From: Auanema rhodensis
Lineage: Eukaryota > Animalia > Nematoda
Direction of reading: 5' to 3'
Assembly (NCBI GenBank): GCA_964057225.1
Contig: OZ059895.1
Location: 10,540,001-10,604,000 of the forward strand
Length of the DNA stretch: 64,000 nt
A model generated the notes under the pieces. The model ran no database searches and had not been told where the DNA came from. It saw only the letters and a program-made list of their open reading frames with translations. Numbering within the stretch: position 1 is the stretch's first letter; each line of letters opens with the position of its first letter. The translations under genes were made by a program, and so were the position numbers. This document shows, in pieces, positions 1-13,802 of the stretch.

Positions 1-796
1 CCATAGTAATCATGTTTTGCGGGGGGTTCAACTTGCTATTTCGTTTGATTTTTATGAAAAATTAAATATTCTTAAAATTTTATTTCTTGTCCTAGAAATA
101 CGTGCTACATCTCTTTAAACTAAGAATTAGTTGATTGAGAAGGCAAAACAAATTTTGTTAGCACAGAACCATATTAATCATATTTTCCGGCGGGCATAAG
201 TTGCTATTTTGTTCGATTTTCATGAAAAAATAAAAGTTTTAAAATGTTTATTTTTAGCCCTAGAAATACGTGCAACATCTTATTATCTAAGAAAACTTGA
301 AAATTAAATGATTGAAAAAGTAAAACAGATTTTGTTAGCACAGAAACATATTAATCATATTTTAAGGCGGGCTCAAGTTGCTATTTTGTTCGATTTTCAT
401 GAAAAAATAAAAATTTTAAAATGTTTATTTTTAGCCCTAGAAATACGTGCAACATCTTACTCAACTCAAAATCAACTGTTTGATAATATAAATTAGGTTT
501 TGTGAGCATATATCCATAGTAATCATGTTTTGCGGCGGGTTCAACTTGCTATTTCGTTTGATTTTTATGAAAAATTAAATATTCTAAATTTTTTATTTCT
601 TGTCCTAGAAGTACGTGCTACATCTCATTAAACTAAGAATTAGTTGATTGAAAAGGCAAAACAAATTTTGTTAGCACAGAACCATATTAATCATATTTTC
701 CGGCGCGCTAAAGTTGCTATTTTGTTCGATTTTCATGAAAAAATAAAAATTTTAAAATGTTTATTTTTAGCCTCAGAAATACGTGCAACATCTTAT

Positions 797-3700
797 TATC
801 TAAGAAAATTTGAAAATTAAATAATTGAAAAAGTAAAACCGATTTTGTTAGCCCAGAAACATATTAATCATATTTTAAGGCGGGCTCAAGTTGCTATTTT
901 GTTCGATTTTCATGAAAAAATAAAAATTTTAAAATGTTTATTTTTAGCCCTAGAAATACGTGCAACATCTTAATATCTAAGAAAATTTGAAAATTAAATA
1001 ATTGAAAAAGTAAAACAGATTTTGTTAGCACAGAAACATATTAATCATATTTTAAGGCGGGCTCAAGTTGCTATTTTGTTCGATTTTCATGAAAAAATAA
1101 AAATTTTAAAATGTTTATTTTTAGCCCTAGAAATACGTGCAACATCTTACTCAACTCAAAATCAACTGTTTGATAATATAAATTAGGTTTTGTGAGCATA
1201 TATCCATAGTAATCATGTTTTGCGGCGGGTTCAACTTGCTATTTCGTTTGATTTTTATGAAAAATTAAATATTCTAAATTTTTTATTTCTTGTCCTAGAA
1301 AAACGTGCTACATCTCATTAAACTAAGAATTAGTTGATTGAAAAGGCAAAACAAATTTTGTTAGCACAGAACCATATTAATCATATTTTCCGGCGGGCTC
1401 AAGTTGCTATTTTGTTCGATTTTCATGAAAAAATAAAAGTTTTAAAATGTTTATTTTTAGCCCTAGAAATACGTGCAACATCTTATTATCTAAGAAAATT
1501 TGAAAATTAAATAATTGAAAAAGTAAAACAGATTTTGTTAGCCCAGAAACATATTAATCATATTTTAAGGCGGGCTCAAGTTGCTATTTTGTTCGATTTT
1601 CATGAAAAAATAAAAATTTTAAAATGTTTATTTTTAGCCCTAGAAAAACGTGCAACATCTTACTCAACCCAAAATCAACTGTTTGATAATATAAATTAGG
1701 TTTTGTGAGCATATATCCATAGCAATCATGTTTTGCGGCGGGTTCAACTTGCTATTTCGTTTGATGTTTATGAAAAATTAAATATTCTAAAAATTTTATT
1801 TCTTGTCCTAGAAATACGTGCTACATCTCATTAAACTAAGAATTAGTTGATTGAGAAGGCAAAACAAATTTTGTTAGCACAGAACCATATTAATCATGTT
1901 TTCCGGCGGGCTCAAGTTGCTATTTTGCTCGATTTTCATGAAAAAATAAAAATTTTAAAATGTTTATTTTTAGCCCTAGAAATACGTGCAACATCTTACT
2001 CAACTCAAAATCAACTGTTTGATAATATAAATTAGATTTTGTGAGCATATATCCATAGTGATCATGTTTTGCGGCGGGTTCAACTTGCTATTTCGTTTGA
2101 TTTTTATGAAAAATTAAATATTCTAAAAATTTTATTTCTTGTCCTAGAAATACGTGCTACATCTCTTTAAACTAAGAATTAGTTGATTGAGAAGGCAAAA
2201 CAAATTTTGTTAGCACAGAACCATGTTAATCATATTTTCCGGCGGGCTTAAGTTGCTATTTTGTTCAATTTTCATGAAAAAATAAAAATTTTTAAATGTT
2301 TATTTTTCGCCCTAGAAATACGTGCAACATCTTATTATCTAAGAAAACTTGAAAATTAAATGATTGATAAAGTAAAACAGATTTTGTTAGCACAGAAACA
2401 TATTAATCATATTTTAAGGCGGGCTCAAGTTGCTATTTTGTTCGATTTTCATGAAAAAATAAAAGTTTTAAAATGTTTATTTTTAGCCCTAGAAATACGT
2501 GCAACATCTTATTATCTAAGAAAATTTGAAAATTAAATAATTGAAAAAGTAAAACAGATTTTGTTAGCACAGAACCATATTAATCATATTTTCCGGCGGG
2601 CTTAAGTTGCTATTTTGTTCAATTTTCATGAAAAAATAAAAATTTTAAAATGTTTATTTTTAGCCCTAGAAATACGTGCAACATCTTACTCAACTCAAAA
2701 TCAACTGTTTGATAATATAAATTAGGTTTTGTGAGCATATATCCATAGTAATCATGTTTTGCGGCGGGTTCAACTTGCTATTTCGTTTGATTTTTATGAA
2801 AAATTAAATATTCTAAAAATTTTATTTCTTGTCCTAGAAATACGTGCTACATCTCTTTAAACTAAGAATTAGTTGATTGAGAAGGCAAAACAAATTTTGT
2901 TAGCACAGAACCATATTAATCATATTTTCCGGCGGGCTTAAGTTGCTATTTTGTTCAATTTTCATGAAAAAATAAAAATTTTAAAATGTTTATTTTTAGC
3001 CCTAGAAATACGTGCAACATCTTAATATCTAAGAAAATTTGAAAATTAAATAATTGAAAAAGTAAAACCGATTTTGTTAGCCCAGAAACATATTAATCAT
3101 ATTTTAAGGCGGGCTCAAGTTGCTATTTTGTTCGATTTTCATGAAAAAATAAAAATTTTAAAATGTTTATTTTTAGCCCTAGAAATACGTGCAACATCTT
3201 AATATCTAAGAAAATTTGAAAATTAAATAATTGAAAAAGTAAAACAGATTTTGTTAGCACAGAAACATATTAATCATATTTTAAGGCGGGCTCAAGTTGC
3301 TATTTTGTTCGATTTTCATGAAAAAATAAAAATTTTAAAATGTTTATTTTTAGCCCTAGAAATACGTGCAACATCTTACTCAACTCAAAATCAACTGTTT
3401 GATAATATAAATTAGGTTTTGTGAGCATATATCCATAGTAATCATGTTTTGCGGCGGGTTCAACTTGCTATTTCGTTTGATTTTTATGAAAAATTAAATA
3501 TTCTAAATTTTTTATTTCTTGTCCTAGAAAAACGTGCTACATCTCATTAAACTAAGAATTAGTTGATTGAAAAGGCAAAACAAATTTTGTTAGCACAGAA
3601 CCATATTAATCATATTTTCCGGCGGGCTCAAGTTGCTATTTTGTTCGATTTTCATGAAAAAATAAAAGTTTTAAAATGTTTATTTTTAGCCCTAGAAATA

Positions 3701-5211
3701 CGTGCAACATCTTATTATCTAAGAAAATTTGAAAATTAAATAATTGAAAAAGTAAAACAGATTTTGTTAGCCCAGAAACATATTAATCATATTTTAAGGC
3801 GGGCTCAAGTTGCTATTTTGTTCGATTTTCATGAAAAAATAAAAATTTTAAAATGTTTATTTTTAGCCCTAGAAAAACGTGCAACATCTTACTCAACCCA
3901 AAATCAACTGTTTGATAATATAAATTAGGTTTTGTGAGCATATATCCATAGCAATCATGTTTTGCGGCGGGTTCAACTTGCTATTTCGTTTGATGTTTAT
4001 GAAAAATTAAATATTCTAAAAATTTTATTTCTTGTCCTAGAAATACGTGCTACATCTCATTAAACTAAGAATTAGTTGATTGAGAAGGCAAAACAAATTT
4101 TGTTAGCACAGAACCATATTAATCATGTTTTCCGGCGGGCTCAAGTTGCTATTTTGCTCGATTTTCATGAAAAAATAAAAATTTTAAAATGTTTATTTTT
4201 AGCCCTAGAAATACGTGCAACATCTTACTCAACTCAAAATCAACTGTTTGATAATATAAATTAGATTTTGTGAGCATATATCCATAGTGATCATGTTTTG
4301 CGGCGGGTTCAACTTGCTATTTCGTTTGATTTTTATGAAAAATTAAATATTCTAAAAATTTTATTTCTTGTCCTAGAAATACGTGCTACATCTCTTTAAA
4401 CTAAGAATTAGTTGATTGAGAAGGCAAAACAAATTTTGTTAGCACAGAACCATGTTAATCATATTTTCCGGCGGGCTTAAGTTGCTATTTTGTTCAATTT
4501 TCATGAAAAAATAAAAATTTTTAAATGTTTATTTTTCGCCCTAGAAATACGTGCAACATCTTATTATCTAAGAAAACTTGAAAATTAAATGATTGATAAA
4601 GTAAAACAGATTTTGTTAGCACAGAAACATATTAATCATATTTTAAGGCGGGCTCAAGTTGCTATTTTGTTCGATTTTCATGAAAAAATAAAAGTTTTAA
4701 AATGTTTATTTTTAGCCCTAGAAATACGTGCAACATCTTATTATCTAAGAAAATTTGAAAATTAAATAATTGAAAAAGTAAAACAGATTTTGTTAGCACA
4801 GAACCATATTAATCATATTTTCCGGCGGGCTTAAGTTGCTATTTTGTTCAATTTTCATGAAAAAATAAAAATTTTAAAATGTTTATTTTTAGCCCTAGAA
4901 ATACGTGCAACATCTTACTCAACTCAAAATCAACTGTTTGATAATATAAATTAGGTTTTGTGAGCATATATCCATAGTAATCATGTTTTGCGGCGGGTTC
5001 AACTTGCTATTTCGTTTGATTTTTATGAAAAATTAAATATTCTAAAAATTTTATTTCTTGTCCTAGAAATACGTGCTACATCTCTTTAAACTAAGAATTA
5101 GTTGATTGAGAAGGCAAAACAAATTTTGTTAGCACAGAACCATATTAATCATATTTTCCGGCGGGCTTAAGTTGCTATTTTGTTCAATTTTCATGAAAAA
5201 ATAAAAATTTT
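797..5211 (+). repeat. Tandem duplication, period 2229 bp (13 monomers: 8x168 + 5x177)
   Basis: Rare variants recur at +2229: AAAACCG (G at 841/3070), TACTCAACCC (1661/3890), CCATGTTAAT (2221/4450), identical ORFs at 1847/4076. Boundaries are approximate. Confidence 0.9.
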
Positions 5212-8200
5212 TAAATGTTTATTTTTCGCCCTAGAAATACGTGCAACATCTTATTATCTAAGAAAACTTGAAAATTAAATGATTGAAAAAGTAAAACAGA
5301 TTTTGTTAGCACAGAAACATATTAATCATATTTTAAGGCGGGCTAAAGTTGCTATTTTGTTCGATTTTCATGAAAAAATAAAAATTTTAAAATGTTTATT
5401 TTTAGCCTCAGAAATACGTGCAACATCTTATTATCTAAGAAAATTTGAAAATTAAATAATTGAAAAAGTAAAACCGATTTTGTTAGCCCAGAAACATATT
5501 AATCATATTTCAAGGCGGGCTCAAGTTGCTATTTTGTTCGATTTTCATGAAAAAATAAAAATTTTAAAATGTTTATTTTTAGCCCTAGAAATACGTGCAA
5601 CATCTTACTCAACTCAAAATCAACTGTTTGATAATATAAATTAGGTTTTGTGAGCATATATCCATAGTAATCATGTTTTGCGGCGGGTTCAACTTGCTAT
5701 TTCGTTTGATTTTTATGAAAAATTAAATATTCTAAATTTTTTATTTCTTGTCCTAGAAAAACGTGCTACATCTCATTAAACTAAGAATTAGTTGATTGAA
5801 AAGGCAAAACAAATTTTGTTAGCACAGAACCATATTAATCATATTTTCCGGCGGGCTCAAGTTGCTATTTTGTTCGATTTTCATGAAAAAATAAAAGTTT
5901 TAAAATGTTTATTTTTAGCCCTAGAAATACGTGCAACATCTTACTCAACTCAAAATCAACTGTTTGATAATATAAATTAGATTTTGTGAGCATATATCCA
6001 AAGTGATCATATTTTCCGGCGGGCTTAAGTTGCTATTTTGTTCAATTTTCATGAAAAAATAAAAATTTTTAAATGTTTATTTTTCGCCCTAGAAATACGT
6101 GCAACATCTTATTATCTAAGAAAACTTGAAAATTAAATGATTGATAAAGTAAAACAGATTTTGTTAGCACAGAAACATATTAATCATATTTTAAGGCGGG
6201 CTCAAGTTGCTATTTTGTTCGATTTTCATGAAAAAATAAAAATTTTAAAATGTTTATTTTTAGCCCTAGAAATACGTGCAACATCTTACTCAACTCAAAA
6301 TCAACTGTTTGATAATATAAATTAGGTTTTGTGAGCATATATCCATAGTAATCATGTTTTGCGGCGGTTTCAACTTGCTATTTCGTTTGATTTTTATGAA
6401 AAATTAAATATTCTAAAACTTTTATTTCTTGTCCTAGAAATACGTGCTACATCTCATTAAACTAAGAATTAGTTGATTGAAAAGGCAAAACAAATTTTGT
6501 GAGCATATACCCATAGTAATCATGTTTTGCGGCGTGCTCAAGTTGCTATTTTGTTCGATTTTTATGAAAAATTAAATATTTTCAAATGTTTATTTTTCGC
6601 CCTAGAAATACGTGCAACATCTTATTATCTAAGAAAATTTGAAAATTAAATGATTGAAAAAGTAAAACAGATTTTGTTAGCACAGAAACATATTAATCAT
6701 ATTTTCCGGCGGGCTCAAGTTGCTATTTTGTTCGATTTTCATGAAAAATTAAAAATTTTAAAATGTTTATTTTTAGCCCTAGAAATACGTGCAACATCTT
6801 ATTCAACTCAAAATCAACTGTTTGATAATATAAATTAGGTTTTGTGAGCATATATAGATAGTAATCATGTTTTGCGGCGGGTTCAACTTGCTATTTCGTT
6901 TGATTTTTATGAAAAATTAAATATTTTAAAAATTTTATTTCTTGTCCTAGAAATACGTGCTACATCTCATTAAACTAAGAATTAGTTGATTGAGAAGGCA
7001 AAACAAATTTTGTTAGCACAGAACCATATTAATCATATTTTCCGGCGGGCTCAAGTTTCTATTTTGTTCGATTTTCATGAAAAAATAAAAGTTTTAAAAT
7101 GTTTATTTTTAGCCCTAGAAATACGTGCAACATCTTATTATCTGAGAAAATTTGAAAATTAAATGATTGAAAAAGTAAAACCGATTTTGTTAGCACAGAA
7201 ACATATTAATCATATTTTAATTTAAGGCGGGCTCAAGTTGCTATTTTGTTCGATTTTCATGAAAAAATAAAAATTTTAAAATGTTTATTTTTAGCCCTAG
7301 AAATACGTGCAACATCTTACTCAACTCAAAATCAACTGTTTGATAATATAAATTAGGTTTTGTGAGCATATATCCATAGTAATCATGTTTTGCGGCGGTT
7401 TCAACTTGCTATTTCGTTTGATTTTTATGAAAAATTAAATATTCTAAAACTTTTATTTCTTGTCCTAGAAATACGTGCTACATCTCATTAAACTAAGAAT
7501 TAGTTGATTGAAAAGGCAAAACAAATTTTGTGAGCATATACCCATAGTAATCATGTTTTGCGGCGTGCTCAAGTTGCTATTTTGTTCGATTTTTATGAAA
7601 AATTAAATATTTTCAAATGTTTATTTTTCGCCCTAGAAATACGTGCAACATCTTATTATCTAAGAAAATTTGAAAATTAAATGATTGAAAAAGTAAAACA
7701 GATTTTGTTAGCACAGAAACATATTAATCATATTTTACGGCGGGCTCAAGTTGCTATTTTGTTCGATTTTTATGAAAAATTGAAAATTTTAAAATGTTTA
7801 TTTTTAGCCCTAGAAATACGTGCAACATCTTATTCAACTCAAAATCAACTGTTTGATAATATAAATTAGGTTTTGTGAGCATATATCCATAGTAATCATG
7901 TTTTGCGGCGGGTTCAACTTGCTATTTCGTTTGATTTTTATGAAAAATTAAATATTTAAAAAATTTTATTTCTTGTCCTAGAAATACGTGCTACATCTCA
8001 TTAAACTAAGAATTAGTTGATTGAGAAGGCAGAACAAATTTTGTTAGCACAGAACCATATTAATCATATTTTCCGGCGGGCTCAAGTTTCTATTTTGTTC
8101 GATTTTCATGAAAAAATAAAAGTTTTAAAATGTTTATTTTTAGCCCTAGAAATACGTGCAACATCTTATTATCTGAGAAAATTTAAAAATTAAATAATTG

Positions 8201-9884
8201 AAAAAGTAAAACAGATTTTGTTAGCACAGAAACATATTGATCATATTTTAAGGCGGGCTCAAGTTGCTATTTTGTTCGATTTTCATGAGAAAATAAACAT
8301 TTTAAAATGTTTATTTTTAGCCCTAGAAATACGTGCAACATCTTACTCAACTCAAAATCAACTGTTTGATAATATAAATTAGGTTTTGTGAGCATATATC
8401 CATAGCAATCATGTTTTGCGGCGGGTTCAACTTGCTATTTCGTTTGATTTTTATGAAAAATTAAATATTCTAAAACTTTTATTTCTTGTCCTAGAAATAC
8501 GTGCTACATCTTATTAAACTAAGAATTAGTTGATTGAGAAGGCAAAACAAATTTTGTTAGCACAGAACCATATTAATCATATTTTCCGGCGGGCTCAAGT
8601 TGCTATTTTGTTCGATTTTTATGAAAAAATAAAAATTTTAAATTGTTTATTTTTAGCCCTAGAAATACGTGCAACATCTTATTATCTAAGAAAATTTGAA
8701 AATTAAATTATTGAAAAAGTAAAACAGATTTTGTTAGCACAGAAACATATTGATCATATTTCAAGGCGGGCTCAAGTTGCTATTTTGTTCGATTTCAATG
8801 AAAAAATAAAAATTTTAAAATGTTTATTTTTAGCCCTAGAAATACGTGCAACATCTTACTCAACTCAAAATCAACTGTTTGATAATATAAATTAGGTTTT
8901 GTGAGCATATATCCATAGTAATCATGTTTTGCGGCGGTTTCAACTTGCTATTTCGTTTGATTTTTATGAAAAATTAAATATTTTCAAATGTTTATTTTTC
9001 GCCCTAGAAATACGTGCAACATCTTATTATCTAAGAAAATTTGAAAATTAAATGATTGATAAAGTAAAACAGATTTTGTTAGCACAGAAACATATTGATC
9101 ATATTTTAAGGCGGGCTCAAGTTGCTATTTTGTTCGATTTTAATGAAAAAATAAAAATTTTAAAATGTTTATTTTTAGCCCTAGAAATACGTGCAACATC
9201 TTACTCAACTCAAAATCAACTGTTTGATAATATAAATTAGGTTTTGTGAGCATATATCCATAGTAATCATGTTTTGCGGCGGTTTCAACTTGCTATTTCG
9301 TTTGATTTTTATGAAAAATTAAATATTTAAAAAATTTTATTTCTTGTCCTAGAAATACGTGCTACATCTCATTAAACTAAGAATTAGTTGATTGAGAAGG
9401 CAAAACAAATTTTGTTAGCACAGAACCATATTAATCATATTTTCCGGCGGGCTCAAGTTTCTATTTTGTTCGATTTTCATGAAAAAATAAAAGTTTTAAA
9501 ATGTTTATTTTTCGCCCTAGAAATACGTGAAACATCTTATTATCTGAGAAAATTTGAAAATTAAATAATTGAAAAAGTAAAACAGATTTTGTTAGCACAG
9601 AAACATATTAATCATATTTTACGGCGGGCTCAAGTTGCTATTTTGTTCGATTTTTATGAAAAATTGAAAATTTTAAAATGTTTATTTTTAGCCCTAGAAA
9701 TACGTGCAACATCTTATTCAACTCAAAATCAACTGTTTGATAATATAAATTAGGTTTTGTGAGCATATATCCATAGTAATCATGTTTTGCGGCGGGTTCA
9801 ACTTGCTATTTCGTTTGATTTTTATGAAAAATTAAATATTCTAAAAATTTTATTTCTTGTCCTAGAAATACGTGCTACATCTCT

Positions 9885-12800
9885 TTAAACTAAGAATTAG
9901 TTGATTGAGAAGGCAAAACAAATTTTGTTAGCACAGAACCATATTAATCATATTTTCCGGCGGGCTTAAGTTGCTATTTTGTTCAATTTTCATGAAAAAA
10001 TAAAAATTTTTAAATGTTTATTTTTCGCCCTAGAAATACGTGCAACATCTTATTATCTAAGAAAACTTGAAAATTAAATGATTGATAAAGTAAAACAGAT
10101 TTTGTTAGCACAGAAACATATTAATCATATTTTAAGGCGGGCTCAAGTTGCTATTTTGTTCGATTTTCATGAAAAAATAAAAATTTTAAAATGTTTATTT
10201 TTAGCCCTAGAAATACGTGCAACATCTTACTCAACTCAAAATCAACTGTTTGATAATATAAATTAGGTTTTGTGAGCATATATCCATAGTAATCATGTTT
10301 TGCGGCGGTTTCAACTTGCTATTTCGTTTGATTTTTATGAAAAATTAAATATTCTAAAACTTTTATTTCTTGTCCTAGAAATACGTGCTACATCTCATTA
10401 AACTAAGAATTAGTTGATTGAAAAGGCAAAACAAATTTTGTGAGCATATACCCATATTAATCATATTTTCCGGCGGGCTTAAGTTGCTATTTTGTTCAAT
10501 TTTCATGAAAAAATAAAAATTTTTAAATGTTTATTTTTCGCCCTAGAAATACGTGCAACATCTTATTATCTAAGAAAATTTGAAAATTAAATGATTGAAA
10601 AAGTAAAACAGATTTTGTTAGCACAGAAACATATTAATCATATTTTACGGCGGGCTCAAGTTGCTATTTTGTTCGATTTTTATGAAAAATTGAAAATTTT
10701 AAAATGTTTATTTTTAGCCCTAGAAATACGTGCAACATCTTATTCAACTCAAAATCAACTGTTTGATATAATAAATTAGGTTTTGTGAGCATATATCCAT
10801 AGTAATCATGTTTTGCGGCGGGTTCAACTTGCTATTTCGTTTGATTTTTATGAAAAATTAAATATTTAAAAAATTTTATTTCTTGTCCTAGAAATACGTG
10901 CTACATCTCATTAAACTAAGAATTAGTTGATTGAGAAGGCAAAACAAATTTTGTTAGCACAGAACCATATTAATCATATTTTCCGGCGGGCTCAAGTTTC
11001 TATTTTGTTCGATTTTCATGAAAAAATAAAAGTTTTAAAATGTTTATTTTTAGCCCTAGAAATACGTGCAACATCTTACTCAACTCAAAATCAACTGTTT
11101 GATAATATAAATTAGGTTTTGTGAGCATATATCCATAGCAATCATGTTTTGCGGCGGGTTCAACTTGCTATTTCGTTTGATTTTTATGAAAAATTAAATA
11201 TTCTAAAACTTTTATTTCTTGTCCTAGAAATACGTGCTACATCTCATTAAACTAAGAATTAGTTGATTGAGAAGGCAAAACAAATTTTGTTAGCACAGAA
11301 CCATATTAATCATATTTTCCGGCGGGCTTAAGTTGCTATTTTGTTCAATTTTCATGAAAAAATAAAAATTTTTAAATGTTTATTTTTCGCCCTAGAAATA
11401 CGTGCAACATCTTATTATCTAAGAAAACTTGAAAATTAAATGATTGATAAAGTAAAACAGATTTTGTTAGCACAGAAACATATTAATCATATTTTAAGGC
11501 GGGCTCAAGTTGCTATTTTGTTCGATTTTCATGAAAAAATAAAAATTTTAAAATGTTTATTTTTAGCCCTAGAAATACGTGCAACATCTTACTCAACTCA
11601 AAATCAACTGTTTGATAATATAAATTAGGTTTTGTGAGCATATATCCATAGTAATCATGTTTTGCGGCGGTTTCAACTTGCTATTTCGTTTGATTTTTAT
11701 GAAAAATTAAATATTCTAAAACTTTTATTTCTTGTCCTAGAAATACGTGCTACATCTCATTAAACTAAGAATTAGTTGATTGAAAAGGCAAAACAAATTT
11801 TGTGAGCATATACCCATATTAATCATATTTTCCGGCGGGCTTAAGTTGCTATTTTGTTCAATTTTCATGAAAAAATAAAAATTTTTAAATGTTTATTTTT
11901 CGCCCTAGAAATACGTGCAACATCTTATTATCTAAGAAAATTTGAAAATTAAATGATTGAAAAAGTAAAACAGATTTTGTTAGCACAGAAACATATTAAT
12001 CATATTTTACGGCGGGCTCAAGTTGCTATTTTGTTCGATTTTTATGAAAAATTGAAAATTTTAAAATGTTTATTTTTAGCCCTAGAAATACGTGCAACAT
12101 CTTATTCAACTCAAAATCAACTGTTTGATAATATAAATTAGGTTTTGTGAGCATATATCCATAGTAATCATGTTTTGCGGCGGGTTCAACTTGCTATTTC
12201 GTTTGATTTTTATGAAAAATTAAATATTTTAAAAATTTTATTTCTTGTCCTAGAAATACGTGCTACATCTCATTAAACTAAGAATTAGTTGATTGAGAAG
12301 GCAAAACAAATTTTGTTAGCACAGAACCATATTAATCATATTTTCCGGCGGGCTCAAGTTTCTATTTTGTTCGATTTTCATGAAAAAATAAAAGTTTTAA
12401 AATGTTTATTTTTAGCCCTAGAAATACGTGCAACATCTTACTCAACTCAAAATCAACTGTTTGATAATATAAATTAGGTTTTGTGAGCATATATCCATAG
12501 CAATCATGTTTTGCGGCGGGTTCAACTTGCTATTTCGTTTGATTTTTATGAAAAATTAAATATTCTAAAACTTTTATTTCTTGTCCTAGAAATACGTGCT
12601 ACATCTCATTAAACTAAGAATTAGTTGATTGAGAAGGCAAAACAAATTTTGTTAGCACAGAACCATATTAATCATATTTTCCGGCGGGCTTAAGTTGCTA
12701 TTTTGTTCAATTTTCATGAAAAAATAAAAATTTTTAAATGTTTATTTTTCGCCCTAGAAATACGTGCAACATCTTATTATCTAAGAAAACTTGAAAATTA

Positions 12801-13802
12801 AATGATTGATAAAGTAAAACAGATTTTGTTAGCACAGAAACATATTAATCATATTTTAAGGCGGGCTCAAGTTGCTATTTTGTTCGATTTTCATGAAAAA
12901 ATAAAAATTTTAAAATGTTTATTTTTAGCCCTAGAAATACGTGCAACATCTTACTCAACTCAAAATCAACTGTTTGATAATATAAATTAGGTTTTGTGAG
13001 CATATATCCATAGTAATCATGTTTTGCGGCGGTTTCAACTTGCTATTTCGTTTGATTTTTATGAAAAATTAAATATTCTAAAACTTTTATTTCTTGTCCT
13101 AGAAATACGTGCTACATCTCATTAAACTAAGAATTAGTTGATTGAAAAGGCAAAACAAATTTTGTGAGCATATACCCATATTAATCATATTTTCCGGCGG
13201 GCTTAAGTTGCTATTTTGTTCAATTTTCATGAAAAAATAAAAATTTTTAAATGTTTATTTTTCGCCCTAGAAATACGTGCAACATCTTATTATCTAAGAA
13301 AATTTGAAAATTAAATGATTGAAAAAGTAAAACAGATTTTGTTAGCACAGAAACATATTAATCATATTTTACGGCGGGCTCAAGTTGCTATTTTGTTCGA
13401 TTTTTATGAAAAATTGAAAATTTTAAAATGTTTATTTTTAGCCCTAGAAATACGTGCAACATCTTATTCAACTCAAAATCAACTGTTTGATAATATAAAT
13501 TAGGTTTTGTGAGCATATATCCATAGTAATCATGTTTTGCGGCGGGTTCAACTTGCTATTTCGTTTGATTTTTATGAAAAATTAAATATTTAAAAAATTT
13601 TATTTCTTGTCCTAGAAATACGTGCTACATCTCATTAAACTAAGAATTAGTTGATTGAGAAGGCAAAACAAATTTTGTTAGCACAGAACCATATTAATCA
13701 TATTATCCGGCGGGCTCAAGTTTCTATTTTGTTCGATTTTCATGAAAAAATAAAAGTTTTAAAATGTTTATTTTTAGCCCTAGAAATACGTGCAACATCT
13801 TA
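9885..13802 (+). repeat. Local 8-mer HOR, period 1362 bp (6x168 + 2x177), about 2.9 copies
   Basis: ORF starts 10078/11440/12802, 10591/11953/13315 and 10927/12289 all differ by 1362 and carry matching variants. Confidence 0.9.

Noticed and set aside
40-56. CENP-B box in monomer A (TTTCGTTTGATTTTTAT)
   Set aside because: Matches only the TTCG....A half of NTTCGNNNNANNCGGGN; the CGGG half is absent at the required spacing.
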